Assembly (NCBI GenBank): GCA_963823555.1 | Contig: CAWGMA010000001.1 | Coordinates: 928,001-992,000, forward strand | From: Candidatus Eiseniibacteriota bacterium | GTDB lineage: Bacteria > Eisenbacteria > RBG-16-71-46 > CAVPCR01 | Direction of reading: 5' to 3' | DNA: 64,000 nt | In this document: positions 12,058 through 22,793 of the stretch, in pieces | Layout of the letters: each line of letters starts with the position of its first letter | Numbering within the stretch: the first letter of the stretch is position 1 | Position numbers and translations under genes: made by a program | The notes under the pieces: generated by a model | What the model saw: the letters and a program-made list of their open reading frames with translations, nothing else | Databases searched by the model: none | What the model was told of the DNA's origin: nothing

Positions 12058-12814
12058 AGTCCCGACACCGGTTCGCGTCTCCGATGATGATCGGCCGCTC
12101 CTGTGCGCCACCGATCTGGTCAAGTACTATGGGAAGTGGCGGGTGGTCAGCGGCGTCAGTCTCGATGTCCGCGGTGGCGAGGTGGTCGGATTGCTCGGGC
12201 CCAACGGGGCCGGAAAGACCACGACCTTCTACATGATCGTCGGACTCCACCGCGCCCATTCCGGGCGGATCACCCTCGACGACGTGGATGTCACCCGGCT
12301 GCCGATGTACCTGCGGGCCCGGCTGGGAATCGGTTATCTCCCGCAGGAGTCATCCATCTTCCGCCGTTTGACCGTGCGAGAGAACATCATGGGCATTCTC
12401 GAGACCTTGCGCATCGATGCCGCCGAGCGGAAGCGACGCTACGCTCAGGTCACCGAGGAGCTCAAGATCGCTCACCTCGGGAAGCGACATGGTTACAACC
12501 TGTCAGGGGGTGAGCGCCGCCGCGTGGAGATCGCGCGCTCGCTCACCACGCGCCCGCGTTTCATGCTCCTGGACGAGCCCTTTGTCGGTATCGACCCCAT
12601 TGCCGTCGCCGACCTGCAGGAAGTGATCGGGGATCTGCGCCGGCGGGGGATCGGGGTGCTCATCACGGACCACAACGTTCGCGAAACGTTGTCCACGACC
12701 GACCGCGCCTACATCATGTACGAAGGCAAGATCATCATCTCCGGCACCGCGCAGGAACTGGCTCAAGACGCGCGGGCTCGCGAGATCTACCTGGGCGAGA
12801 AGTTCAGACTCTGA
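12041..12814 (+). CDS. lptB: LPS export ABC transporter ATP-binding protein
   Basis: [62 protein letters not shown]. Confidence 0.96.
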   Translation: MPEPLEVPTPVRVSDDDRPLLCATDLVKYYGKWRVVSGVSLDVRGGEVVGLLGPNGAGKTTTFYMIVGLHRAHSGRITLDDVDVTRLPMYLRARLGIGYLPQESSIFRRLTVRENIMGILETLRIDAAERKRRYAQVTEELKIAHLGKRHGYNLSGGERRRVEIARSLTTRPRFMLLDEPFVGIDPIAVADLQEVIGDLRRRGIGVLITDHNVRETLSTTDRAYIMYEGKIIISGTAQELAQDARAREIYLGEKFRL

Positions 12815-12827
12815 GGCGTCGACCGCG

Positions 12828-14270
12828 ATGGAAATGAAACACGGGCTGCAGTTGCAGCAAAGGCTGAAGCTGGTGATGACGCAGCGCTTGCAGCAGGCGC
12901 TCAAGCTGCTGCAGGTGCCGACTCTCGAGCTGCAGCAGATCCTGGAGCAGGAGCTGCAGCAGAATCCGCTGCTCGAGGAAGTGGCGGAATATGACGAGAG
13001 TGAGGCGGACAACCAGGAGCCGGAAACGGTCGAGACTCCGGATACGGATCCCGATCCGGAGTCCGAGATCTCGGCCAAGGCCGAAGCCGAGAAGAGCCTC
13101 GCCGAATGGGAGGAGTACTGGCAGGGGGATTCGGACGGGCACTACAGCCGCGGCGAGGTCCAGAGCGCGGAGGACTTCTACGACAAGGTGCCGGTAACCC
13201 AGGTCACGCTGGCCGATCACCTGACGACCCAGTATCGCCTGGCCACCTCGGACCCTGAACTCGTCCGCATCGGCGAGTACCTGATCGGCAACATCGATGA
13301 TCGCGGGTTCCTCATGGTCAGCGACCAGGAAGTCGTCGATGCGCTCACCGCCGATCCCCTCCATGTGGCGTCCGCGGTGGAGCTCCTGCGCAGTCTCGAC
13401 CCGCCCGGTGTCGGCGCGCGTGATCTGCGTGAGTGTCTCTTGATCCAGCTCCGGGCCCGAAACCTCGATGACACGCTGGCCTATCAGGTTGTCGACAGGG
13501 AGTTCGACAACCTCAAGGAGCGCCGTTATCACGAGATCGCGCGGGCGCTGCGGATCACGGTCGAGCAGGTGCAGGAAGCCGCCGATGTCATCGCCACGCT
13601 CAATCCACGCCCCGGAAACGAGATTGCAGCTGACGAGGTCAAGTACGTCATCCCCGATCTCGTCGTCGACCGCGTGGACGACGACTATGTCGTCTACCTC
13701 AATGATCGCAATGTGCCGCGGTTGCGCGTGTCGAACGCCTATCGGGAACTCCTCACCCATCGCCGGAAGGGTGACGAAACCCAGGAGTACATCCTCGGCA
13801 AGCTCAACTCGGCCAAGTGGTTGATCCAGACCATCGAGCAGCGGCGGCGAACCATGGTCAAGGTGATGAACTGCATCGTGGAGCAGCAGCGTGCCTTCTT
13901 CGACAAGGGCATCAGCCAGCTGCGGCCGCTCACGTTGCAGCAGGTGGCCAGTCAGATCGGCATGCACGAGTCGACTGTGAGTCGGGTCACCACCGGGAAG
14001 TACGTGCAGACGCCGCGCGGGGTCTTCGAGCTCAAGTACTTCTTCTCGAGCGGTCTCGAGACCGTTAGCGGAGAGGACATGTCGGCGAAGACGGCGCGCG
14101 ACATCATCCAGCATCTCATCGATGGAGAGGAGAAGCGGGAGCCGCTGTCCGACCAGCGGATCGCCGACATCCTGCATTCGCGCGGGCTGCGAATCGCCCG
14201 CCGCACCGTGGCCAAGTATCGTGAGCAGATGGGCATCTTGCCCGCCCGCTATCGGAAGCGCCATTCATGA
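12828..14270 (+). CDS. rpoN: RNA polymerase sigma-54 factor
   Basis: Gln/Leu-rich region I, HESTVSRVT helix-turn-helix, RpoN box ARRTVAKYRE. Confidence 0.98.
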   Translation: MEMKHGLQLQQRLKLVMTQRLQQALKLLQVPTLELQQILEQELQQNPLLEEVAEYDESEADNQEPETVETPDTDPDPESEISAKAEAEKSLAEWEEYWQGDSDGHYSRGEVQSAEDFYDKVPVTQVTLADHLTTQYRLATSDPELVRIGEYLIGNIDDRGFLMVSDQEVVDALTADPLHVASAVELLRSLDPPGVGARDLRECLLIQLRARNLDDTLAYQVVDREFDNLKERRYHEIARALRITVEQVQEAADVIATLNPRPGNEIAADEVKYVIPDLVVDRVDDDYVVYLNDRNVPRLRVSNAYRELLTHRRKGDETQEYILGKLNSAKWLIQTIEQRRRTMVKVMNCIVEQQRAFFDKGISQLRPLTLQQVASQIGMHESTVSRVTTGKYVQTPRGVFELKYFFSSGLETVSGEDMSAKTARDIIQHLIDGEEKREPLSDQRIADILHSRGLRIARRTVAKYREQMGILPARYRKRHS

Positions 14271-14347
14271 CCGCCTCGGCGCGGCGAACCCGCCCGCCGG
14301 CGCGGTGCCGGACCGGGGGCTCGTGACCAGCAGGAGGACGTTGGGAG

Positions 14348-14863
14348 ATGGAAGTCCACTTCACCGGCAGGCATTACGAGATCGCTCCGGAATTGCGCGA
14401 GTACATCACGCGCAAGCTCGAGAAGCTCGTGCTGTTCCAGAACGGGATCCGCGAAGCACGCGTCACCCTGTCCGCCGAGAACTACCGGCTCATCGCCGAG
14501 GTCGGGCTGCAGGCCCGGCGCCGGTTGTTCACCAGCCGCGAGGAATCGGCGGACATGTACCTCTCGGTCGATCAGGTGATCGAGAAGCTGGCTGAGCAGC
14601 TGAAGCGCTACAAGGAGAAGAGGATCTCGCGCGGCCGCCGCAACCCGCGGCAGCCGGCGCTCGACGCGGGCCCGGCCCTCCCGGTCATCAGCTTGCGCGA
14701 CACCATGGAGCAACCCGAGCCGCTCTCGGTCGATGAGGCCCTGAACGCCCTCGACGAGGAGGGGGGCGAGGTCCTGGTCTTCGAGAACACCGCCAACAAG
14801 CGCACCACGGTCATCTATCGACGAGAGGATGGTAGCTACGGCCTGATCGAGCCGACCGACTAG
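14348..14863 (+). CDS. hpf: Ribosome hibernation factor (long HPF/RaiA)
   Basis: MEVHFTGRHYEIAPELREYITRKLEKL...DMYLSVD; C-terminal VIYRREDGSYGLIEP. Confidence 0.93.
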   Translation: MEVHFTGRHYEIAPELREYITRKLEKLVLFQNGIREARVTLSAENYRLIAEVGLQARRRLFTSREESADMYLSVDQVIEKLAEQLKRYKEKRISRGRRNPRQPALDAGPALPVISLRDTMEQPEPLSVDEALNALDEEGGEVLVFENTANKRTTVIYRREDGSYGLIEPTD

Positions 14864-14870
14864 GTGAACC

Positions 14871-15839
14871 ATGGAGCGCCTGACTGTCGAGCAATTCTAC
14901 CGAGACAAGCACGAGGATCTCGAGCTCGAGGTCCTCACCGATTCGGTCGAGTCGCGGACCCACATCACCGTGGCCGACATCAGCCGGCCAGGTCTCCTGC
15001 TCTCCGGGTTCGAGGAGAACTTCCTGTTCGAGCGCATCCAGATCCTCGGGCAAACGGAGATCTGGTACTTGTCGACGCTTTCCGACGGGGAGCGGGATGC
15101 CGCCATCGGTCGCCTGTTCCAGTACCCCATTCCGTGCATCATCGTCTCCAAGTCGCTGGACATCCCGCCGCGCATCCTGGAGCTCGGCAACGCCCAGCAG
15201 GTGCCCATTCTGCGCACCGCGAAATCGACGACACCGTTCATCCACCAGCTCACGGCCTACCTGGATGTCATCTTCGCTCCTCAGACCACCGTGCACGGAT
15301 CGTTGGTCGACGTCTATGGGGTCGGGCTCCTGTTCACAGGGCGGAGCGCGATCGGCAAGTCGGAGTGTGCTCTCGATCTCGTCGAGCGCGGGCACCGGCT
15401 GGTGGCCGACGATGTGGTCACGGTGACTCGCCGACACGATGACATCCTCATTGGCTCTGGGAACGACATTTTACGCCATCACATGGAAATCCGCGGTCTG
15501 GGCATCATCGATGTCCAGGCCATCTTCGGTATCCGTGCCATCCGCGTGCAGAAGCGGATCGAGGTTGAAGTCAATCTCAAGGAGTGGGACGCCGAGGAGG
15601 ACTACGAGCGCGTGGGCATCGACGAGCTCCAGACGACGATGCTCGGGGTCCGGATCCCTCTCGTCACCATTCCGATCTTCCCCGGCAAGAACATCACGGT
15701 GATCGCCGAGGCCGTCGCCCTGAACTACCTGGTCAAGGTGTATGCGCATCATCCGGCCAAGGCCTTCAATGAGCGCTTGACCAGGCACCTGAAGGCCAAT
15801 CCGATGATCCACCCGCCTTTTCTGGATGACCGGGAGTGA
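14871..15839 (+). CDS. hprK: HPr(Ser) kinase/phosphorylase
   Basis: HGSLVDVYGVGLLFTGRSAIGKSECALDLVERGHRLVADD, MEIRGLGIID. Confidence 0.97.
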   Translation: MERLTVEQFYRDKHEDLELEVLTDSVESRTHITVADISRPGLLLSGFEENFLFERIQILGQTEIWYLSTLSDGERDAAIGRLFQYPIPCIIVSKSLDIPPRILELGNAQQVPILRTAKSTTPFIHQLTAYLDVIFAPQTTVHGSLVDVYGVGLLFTGRSAIGKSECALDLVERGHRLVADDVVTVTRRHDDILIGSGNDILRHHMEIRGLGIIDVQAIFGIRAIRVQKRIEVEVNLKEWDAEEDYERVGIDELQTTMLGVRIPLVTIPIFPGKNITVIAEAVALNYLVKVYAHHPAKAFNERLTRHLKANPMIHPPFLDDRE

Positions 15840-16324
15840 ACGGCGACGCGACCAGGACCGGTCCGGAGCCGGCGCCGGCCCGTGGCCTCATCCTCACCCA
15901 CGGCACGCTGGGGGCGGAGATGCTGGCCACCGCGGCCCTCATCGTCGGCCATTCGGAAGGCCTTACCGCGATGTCGAACCGCGGGCTCGGTGCTGCCGAG
16001 ATCGCGGCCGAAGTCGAGTCCTTCCATGCGCAGGACCCGGCGACGCCGCTCATCGTCTTCGTCGACCTCCTCGGCGGAAGCTGTGCCCAGGGTTGCGCCG
16101 CTCTGCTCGCCGGGAGTCACGTCCGGCTCGTGACCGGCGTCAACCTGCCGATGGTCATCGCCTTCCTCCAGGCCCGCGATCAGAAGCTCGGTCTCGATGG
16201 TCTGGTCGCTGCGATCCTCATGCGGGCGCACCGTGGGATCGCCTGTTTTCCCGCGCCCCCGCCGGGGAGCACGGGAGCAGGAGAGCCTCCAGCCCCGAGT
16301 TCGCCGTCTGAGGTGCGCGCGTGA
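15836..16324 (+). CDS. PTS mannose-family EIIA
   Basis: LILTHG (phospho-His), FVDLLGGS, VTGVNLPM. Confidence 0.9.
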   Translation: MNGDATRTGPEPAPARGLILTHGTLGAEMLATAALIVGHSEGLTAMSNRGLGAAEIAAEVESFHAQDPATPLIVFVDLLGGSCAQGCAALLAGSHVRLVTGVNLPMVIAFLQARDQKLGLDGLVAAILMRAHRGIACFPAPPPGSTGAGEPPAPSSPSEVRA

Positions 16325-16827
16325 GCCTCGTCGGCTTCCGCATCGATGACCGGCTCCTGCACGGTCAGGTCGTCGAGAACTGGATCGAAGCGCTGCGCCC
16401 CGGTCTCATTGTCGTCGCCAACGATCGCGCCGCTGCCGATGCTTTCACCCAGGAGCTCTATGCGGCCGCATTGCCGCCCGGGGTACGTCTCATCGTCGCT
16501 CCACTCCCCGCGGCATGGGCGGCGGCTCGTGAGTTCGGGGGGCGGGTCTTCATGATCGCTGCCACCCCGGCCGATGCGCTGGCGCTCGTCGAGCTGGGAC
16601 TCGATACGGACACCATCACGATCGGCGGGCTCCATCACGCGAGCGGCAAGGAGCGGGTTCTGGACTACGTCTATCTCGACGGAACGGACCGCGATCACCT
16701 GCGCCGGCTCAGCGGCCGCGGCATGGTCCTTGTGGCTCAGGACGTACCGAAGCGGCGGGCGATCGATCTGGCGCCGCTCCTCGACGCCGACACCCCTCCA
16801 TCTCCAACCGCCCCATCTTCGCCATGA
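16321..16827 (+). CDS. PTS mannose/sorbose-family EIIB
   Basis: RIDDRLLHGQV motif, IVVAND, AQDVP. Confidence 0.9.
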   Translation: MSLVGFRIDDRLLHGQVVENWIEALRPGLIVVANDRAAADAFTQELYAAALPPGVRLIVAPLPAAWAAAREFGGRVFMIAATPADALALVELGLDTDTITIGGLHHASGKERVLDYVYLDGTDRDHLRRLSGRGMVLVAQDVPKRRAIDLAPLLDADTPPSPTAPSSP

Positions 16828-17528
16828 TGGACGCCGTGGCATCGCTGCTCGGCAGTCAGAGCGTGCTGGTCCTGTTGGGCGCGATCGTGGCTCTGGACCA
16901 GGTCGCGGTGGCCCAGCTCCAGCTCGCGCATCCCCTGGTGGCAGGCACGCTGGCCGGAGCCATCGGCGGCGAGCCGCTCGCGGGGGCCCTGGTGGGGGCA
17001 CTCATGGGGCTCATCCTTGCCGGGCATCGTCCAGTGGGAGGAGTGGTGCCGCCGGACAGTGGGGTGGCCTCGGTCATCGCCGCGGGGAGCTTCGCTCGCT
17101 CGATCTGGGCAGGGAGCGACGTCTCCGCGGCGCGACTCGGCTCGAGCCTCGCCCTCGCCATCCTGCTAGGACTCATCCTGGCCGATCTCGGCCGCCATGG
17201 TGAGGCCTGGACCCGCCGCCGGAACCTCAGGTTCCTCCAGGCTGCAGAGGCCGAAGGGACGCCAGGGGCCGTGAGCCGGGCCGTGGGGTCCGCACTCTCG
17301 CTGGCAGCCCTCCGCGGCGCGCTCACTGTGGCCGTGGCGCTACCGCTCGTCACTCTGTGGTTGAACCGGGCCCCGGTCCGGGGGCCTGGGGTGGTGGTCG
17401 TCGTGGCCCTCGTGGCGGGGATTGGCCTGGCGGCTGGCGAGAGGCTCCTCGGCACGCGTCGCCGTCGGGGCGTCCTCTTGGCCGCTGTCTCGGCCGCCGT
17501 GGCCTACGTACTCGGGGGGCTGCCGTGA
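16824..17528 (+). CDS. PTS mannose-family EIIC (divergent)
   Basis: QLQLAHPLVAGTLAGAIGGEP, PVGGVVPPD; hydrophobic; operon position. Confidence 0.8.
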   Translation: MMDAVASLLGSQSVLVLLGAIVALDQVAVAQLQLAHPLVAGTLAGAIGGEPLAGALVGALMGLILAGHRPVGGVVPPDSGVASVIAAGSFARSIWAGSDVSAARLGSSLALAILLGLILADLGRHGEAWTRRRNLRFLQAAEAEGTPGAVSRAVGSALSLAALRGALTVAVALPLVTLWLNRAPVRGPGVVVVVALVAGIGLAAGERLLGTRRRRGVLLAAVSAAVAYVLGGLP

Positions 17529-18364
17529 GTCGGATCCAGCTGTTCCTCCGTGGCCTCTTGTTCCAGACAGGATGGAATCGGGAGCGCATGCAGGGCCTCG
17601 GTTTCGCCTTCGCCCTCTTGCCTCAGGTCCAGCGCCGGGACCGGAAGGCTCAGGCGGAGTTCGTGCGCCGTCACCTCGCCTATGTGAACACCAATCCGGC
17701 CCTGTCCGGGGTGCTCCTCGGAGCGGTGGAAACCGCGGAGGAGAGGGCCTGGCTCGCAGGCGACAGCTCGGACGAGGTGACTGCCCGGGTGACAGGGCTC
17801 AAACGCCGCCTCGAAGGCGGCCTGGCCGCCCTGGGAGACCGTACCTTCTGGGGCTGGCTCCGGCCTCTCCTCGGGGTCCTGGGAGCCCTCCTTCTCTTCT
17901 GGCCCGGTCATGGCGGCTCCGCCGTGGCACGATTCATGGCTCAGCCGACCCCGAAATCGCCTCTCGCTGGGGGAGAATGGTGGGCTTGGGCTTCCGTTCT
18001 GGCCGCCCTGGCCTTCTATAATGGACCCCACCTCGTGACCCGGTGGCGCGCCGTCGGTCACGGCCTGGCCTTCAGCCGGGGCGAGGACCGTGACCGCGCG
18101 CGCGCGGCGCGCGGTTTCGGGCTGGTCCGCATCGCCGACTTCTGCGAAAGCTTGGGGCCGCTTCTCCTGGGGGCGCTTGCCGGTCGCATCGGCGCCGAGG
18201 TGGTGGGTCAGGCTGCCACGACCTCGGCCGGCGGCGGCGCGGGCGCCGCGCTCCTGGTGGCGGGCGTTTCCTTGGGATTGGGGGCTGCGCGCTTTCGGAT
18301 TCCCCCGGAGCGCGTCGGCATCATCGTGCTGGGCTTCCTGCTGGTGGCCGGCAGCTGGCGCTGA
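17525..18364 (+). CDS. PTS mannose-family EIID
   Basis: QTGWNRERMQGLGFAFALLP, HLAYVNTNP, LAALGDRTFWG; GTGA overlap with EIIC. Confidence 0.88.
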   Translation: MSRIQLFLRGLLFQTGWNRERMQGLGFAFALLPQVQRRDRKAQAEFVRRHLAYVNTNPALSGVLLGAVETAEERAWLAGDSSDEVTARVTGLKRRLEGGLAALGDRTFWGWLRPLLGVLGALLLFWPGHGGSAVARFMAQPTPKSPLAGGEWWAWASVLAALAFYNGPHLVTRWRAVGHGLAFSRGEDRDRARAARGFGLVRIADFCESLGPLLLGALAGRIGAEVVGQAATTSAGGGAGAALLVAGVSLGLGAARFRIPPERVGIIVLGFLLVAGSWR

Positions 18365-18416
18365 GAGGACGGAGGATGGCCTGGCCGGATGGCGAACAGG
18401 GGACAAGGAACTCGAC

Positions 18417-18683
18417 ATGCCCACTAGGCGGGTGATCATTCAGAACCGGCTCGGACTGCATGCGCGTCCGGCGGCGCTTCTGGTCAAGGAGGCGGCGCGT
18501 TTCCGGTCGGATGTATTCCTGGCCAAGAATGGGCTCGAGGTGAATGGCAAGAGCATCATGGGTGTCATGATGCTGGCGGCCGAGCTGGGGTCGGAGGTCG
18601 ATATCCGCGCCGAAGGCCAGGATGCCGAAGCGGCGCTGACAGCGCTCCAGGCGCTCATCGATTCCCGCTTCGGCGAGGACTAG
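18417..18683 (+). CDS. ptsH: Phosphocarrier protein HPr
   Basis: GLHARPAA (His15) and NGKSIMGVMMLAA (Ser46). Confidence 0.96.
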   Translation: MPTRRVIIQNRLGLHARPAALLVKEAARFRSDVFLAKNGLEVNGKSIMGVMMLAAELGSEVDIRAEGQDAEAALTALQALIDSRFGED

Positions 18684-18743
18684 TTGCATGCACCGACCGT
18701 GTACACAGCGGATCGCCGCGGCGACAGAAGACAGGTCCAGGAC

Positions 18744-20588
18744 GTGACTCAAGAAACCCCTCCTCGCACCCGGCTCGCATCGTCGTCCGCTGCGGAGACG
18801 AACGGCCCCACCTCGCCTGCGGGCTCCGGTCGCCTGCCCGTCGCCCTGTCCGGGATCGGGGCCGCTCCCGGTTTCGCCTATGGCCCGGCGCACGTGCACG
18901 TCCAGGTGGAGATCACGGTTCCCGACACCGATCTCGCCGCCGACGACGTGGAGCCCGAGGTCGAGCAGTTCATGCGCGCCATCGACAGGGCGCGCGAGCA
19001 GGTCCTCTTCCTGCGGGCGCGAGTTGCCGAGGACATCGGGGAGGAGGAAGCGCGCATCTTCGACGCCCAGCTCCTCTTCCTCGAGGATACGCTGGTCATC
19101 GAGCCCGTCATCGCCGCGATCCGGAGCGACCAGAAGCCGGCGGCTCTCGTCTTCCGCCACCACGTGGCGCGCATGATCGAGGCGATCGAGGATTCGGATA
19201 ACGAGTTCCATCGCCAGCGGGTCGACATCTTCCGCGATATCAAGCGGCGGGTGCTTCGGTTGCTGCTCGAGCTCGATGAGGATCGACCGGTGTTCCCGCC
19301 GCGTTGCGTCCTGGTCGCGCGCGACATCTCTCCCTCCGATGCCGCGATGCTCGAACGGGCCGGAGTCGTCGGATTCGTCACCGAGTACGGAGGCATGACG
19401 GCCCATGCCGCCATCATGGCGCGCTCGAAGGGGATGCCGGCCGTGGTCGGCGTGCGCGGGCTCCTCCGCGATGTCGAGAACGGGGATGTCGTCATCGTCG
19501 ACGGACTGGGCGGGACCGTGGTGGTGAATCCCACGCCGGAGCAGCTCGAGTCCTACGAGGGTCGCCTCGCCGAATACCGCGCCTTCGAGGGCAGCCTCGA
19601 GCACCTACGGGATGAGCCGGCCGTCACCACGGACGGTCGTCGCATCGAGCTCGGCGCCAACGTGGAGACCCCGGCCGACATCGAGCACGTTCTGGCTCAC
19701 GGCGCGGACTCGATCGGGCTCTACCGCACCGAGTTCTTCTACATCGATCGCGCGCGAATGCCCGATGAAGAAGAGCAGTTCGCCGCCTACCGCGAGGTGG
19801 CCGAACGCATGCACCCGCGGCCGGTCATCATCCGCACGATGGATCTGGGCGGCGACAAGGTCGCATCCTATCTGGGTGCCGATCGCGCTGATCGCGAGTC
19901 GAACCCCTTCCTCGGCTGGCGTGGGATCCGTTTCTCCCTCGAACACCGTGGTCCCTTCCGCGCGCAGCTCCGGGCCATCTACCGGGCCAGTCGCCACGGA
20001 CACGTCAAGCTCATGCTGCCGATGATCGCCACCGTGGAAGAACTGCGCGCGGCCCGCGCCCTCGCCGCCGAGGTCACGGCCGATCTCGATCAGGCCGGCA
20101 TCCCGCGCGGGGACCAGGTCGAGTTCGGGATCATGATAGAGACCCCGTCGGCGGTGATGATCGCCGATGTCCTGGCCCGTGAGGCCGACTTCTTCTCGGT
20201 GGGCACGAACGACCTGATCCAGTACACGCTGGCCGCTGATCGCTCCAACCCGAAGACGGCAGGCCTCTACCAGCCGCTCCATCCCGCCATTCTGCGCAGC
20301 TTGCGGAATGTGGTTGACGCTGCTCGGGCGGAGCGGATATGGGTGGGCATTTGTGGCGAGATGGCCGCGGATCCGCTGGCCGCCGTGCTCCTGGTCGGTC
20401 TCGGGTTCGATGAGCTCTCGGTGAGTCCCTTCCTGGTGCCAGAGGTCAAGACGGTCGTGCGTGCCATCTCCTATGCCGACGCCAGGGAGGTGGCGGAGGA
20501 AGCCCTGCGTCTCGATTCGGCCGCGGCAGTGCACGCCCTGGTGCTGACGCGGATGGCCGGCCTTTTGCCGCAGTTTCTGTTGCCGTGA
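18744..20588 (+). CDS. ptsI: PEP-protein phosphotransferase (Enzyme I)
   Basis: GGMTAHAAIMAR, GLYRTEF, RTMDLGGDK, NPFLGWRGIR, GTNDLIQY, ICGEMA; start codon uncertain. Confidence 0.96.
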   Translation: MTQETPPRTRLASSSAAETNGPTSPAGSGRLPVALSGIGAAPGFAYGPAHVHVQVEITVPDTDLAADDVEPEVEQFMRAIDRAREQVLFLRARVAEDIGEEEARIFDAQLLFLEDTLVIEPVIAAIRSDQKPAALVFRHHVARMIEAIEDSDNEFHRQRVDIFRDIKRRVLRLLLELDEDRPVFPPRCVLVARDISPSDAAMLERAGVVGFVTEYGGMTAHAAIMARSKGMPAVVGVRGLLRDVENGDVVIVDGLGGTVVVNPTPEQLESYEGRLAEYRAFEGSLEHLRDEPAVTTDGRRIELGANVETPADIEHVLAHGADSIGLYRTEFFYIDRARMPDEEEQFAAYREVAERMHPRPVIIRTMDLGGDKVASYLGADRADRESNPFLGWRGIRFSLEHRGPFRAQLRAIYRASRHGHVKLMLPMIATVEELRAARALAAEVTADLDQAGIPRGDQVEFGIMIETPSAVMIADVLAREADFFSVGTNDLIQYTLAADRSNPKTAGLYQPLHPAILRSLRNVVDAARAERIWVGICGEMAADPLAAVLLVGLGFDELSVSPFLVPEVKTVVRAISYADAREVAEEALRLDSAAAVHALVLTRMAGLLPQFLLP

Positions 20589-20597
20589 GGAGTTGGG

Positions 20598-21731
20598 ATG
20601 ATGTCGGGGACCCAGACGTCGGATGCCGATCCACGGAAGATCTCACTCGATTCCAAGTCGGTGATCGGGCGCACCGATCGCCAGGGAATGCTGGATCTGG
20701 TGGCGGCCTTTCCCTCGCAGTGCGAGGCGGCGATCCAGATCGGCCAGAAGGCCGCCATTGGTACGGCTCACGGTCCTTTCCGGACCCTGGTCGTGGCCGG
20801 GATGGGGGGGTCAGCGATCGCCGGCGATCTCCTGCGCTGCTACCTGGGTGACACCACCGAGATTCCAATACTCAATGTTCGCAACTACGTGCTGCCCCGG
20901 GCCGTTGGCCACGGCTCCCTGGTCCTGTGCTCGAGCTACTCGGGCAACACCGAGGAAACGCTTGCTCTCTATGAGGATGCCCGCCGCAAGCGAGCCCGGG
21001 TCATCTGCCTTACGACCGGCGGCAAGCTGGCCGAGAAGTGCGGGCGGGACGGCGTGCCGTGGATCCGGGTTCCCGGCGGTCTTCCGCCACGGGCCGCCGT
21101 GGCGTACACGTTCATTCCGGTGCTCACGACCCTGTGGCGTTTGGAGATCGTGCCCCCGCGCTGGGGGGAGCTCGACGAGCTCCTCCTCCGAGTGCGGGAA
21201 GCGGGAGATCGCTGTGCGGTCGAGGTGCCCACCGCCGAGAACATTGCCAAGCAGCTCGCCCGCAAGCTAGTCGGCCGACTGGCCGTGATCCACGCCTCGG
21301 CCGATCACCTCGAAGCCGTTGCCATGCGCTGGAAGGCGCAGCTCTGCGAGAACGCGAAGGCGCTCGCCTTCCACTCCCTCCATCCCGAGCTCACCCACAA
21401 CGAGATTGTGGGATGGATGGGAAGGAGCCCTGTGATCAAGGGTTCCCATGTCATCGCTCTCCGCGATGCCGAAGACGAGGCCCGCACCCAGCGGCGCATC
21501 GAGGTGACGAGCGAGATGATCATGGAGAACGGGGCGGAAGTGAGCCAGGTCTGGAGCGGCCACGGTTCGCGACTGGCCCGCCTGTTCGGGCTGCTTCATC
21601 TCGGAGACTACGTGAGCGTGTACCTGGCGGTCTTGAATCGGGTCAACCCGACTCCGATCGAGGCCATCGAAACCATCAAGAGCCGCCTGGCCCAGCTCAA
21701 GGCCGGCGAGACCGAGGTGCCCGGTGCCTGA
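20598..21731 (+). CDS. Bifunctional phosphoglucose/phosphomannose isomerase (SIS family)
   Basis: GMGGSAIAGD, SYSGNTEET, PPRAA, RWKAQLCENAK, PELTHNEIVG. Confidence 0.92.
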   Translation: MMSGTQTSDADPRKISLDSKSVIGRTDRQGMLDLVAAFPSQCEAAIQIGQKAAIGTAHGPFRTLVVAGMGGSAIAGDLLRCYLGDTTEIPILNVRNYVLPRAVGHGSLVLCSSYSGNTEETLALYEDARRKRARVICLTTGGKLAEKCGRDGVPWIRVPGGLPPRAAVAYTFIPVLTTLWRLEIVPPRWGELDELLLRVREAGDRCAVEVPTAENIAKQLARKLVGRLAVIHASADHLEAVAMRWKAQLCENAKALAFHSLHPELTHNEIVGWMGRSPVIKGSHVIALRDAEDEARTQRRIEVTSEMIMENGAEVSQVWSGHGSRLARLFGLLHLGDYVSVYLAVLNRVNPTPIEAIETIKSRLAQLKAGETEVPGA

Positions 21732-22729
21732 GCTGGACAAGCCCATCGCCATCATTCCGGTGGCCGGCGTCGGCAGCCGGCTCCGGCCGCATACCCACAC
21801 CGTGCCCAAGGCGCTCATCAACGTGGCTGGCAAGCCGATGCTCGCTCACATTCTCGACGAGCTCACCAGCCTCGGTGTCCGTGAGGTCACGCTCGTCGTC
21901 GGGCACATGGGAGAACGCATCCGTCACTTCGTCGGGCGCGACTACCGGCATTTCGACGTGCGCTATGTCGAGCAGCTCGACCGTCAGGGTCTCGGCCACG
22001 CCGTGCACCTCACCCGCGGCCAGTGGCCCGGGCGGCGGCTCCTGATCGTTCTGGGAGACACCATCTTCCGCGCCGATTTCGGTGAGGTGATTGCCTCTCC
22101 CGTGAGCCTGATCGGGGTCAAGGGCGTGGATGATCCCCGACGTTTCGGGATCGTGGAACTCGAGTCCAGAGAGCCAGGTGGCCCGGTTGATCGAGAAGCC
22201 CGAGCACCCAACCTCAGACCTGGCCATCGTCGGCATCTACTACATCGCTCATGGCGATGTCCTCTATGAGTGCCTGGAGGAGCTGATCCAGCGCGACATC
22301 CGGACCCGGGGCGAGTACCAGCTCACCGACGCCCTCCAGCTGATGATCGAGCGGGGCGAGAAGATGGGTATCTTCCACGTCCAGGGCTGGTACGATTGCG
22401 GGCAGCCGGAGACCCTCCTGGCCACCAACCGGGCCCTCCTCGACATGCAAGGGGGAGGGGGACTCTCGGCCGAGGGTACGGGAGTGGTGCTGGCGCCGGT
22501 GGCCATCGACCCCTCGGCCACCGTCATGAGTTCGATCATCGGTCCCCATGTCTCGGTGGCCGCCGGGGCCGTGGTTCGCAACTCGATCGTTCGCAACGCC
22601 ATCATCAACGAGAGCGCCATCGTCGAGGATGTGCTCCTCGATGCTTCGGTGATCGGGGACCACGCCGTGGTCCGTGGTGCATTCAAGAAGCTCAACGTCG
22701 GCGACTCGTCCGAAGTGGAGCTGATCTGA
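21724..22729 (+). CDS. Sugar-phosphate nucleotidyltransferase with C-terminal left-handed beta-helix (frameshift near 22162-22175)
   Basis: IPVAGVGSRLRPHTHTVPKAL...FGIVELE continues in the +1 frame as QVARLIEKP...GEYQLTDAL, then hexapeptide repeats. Confidence 0.9.
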
Positions 22730-22793
22730 GCGGCCCGCCAGGGCCGGACAAGGATTCGGCGCGCGGGCGCCGGAGGAAGCAAGGAGGAACTGA

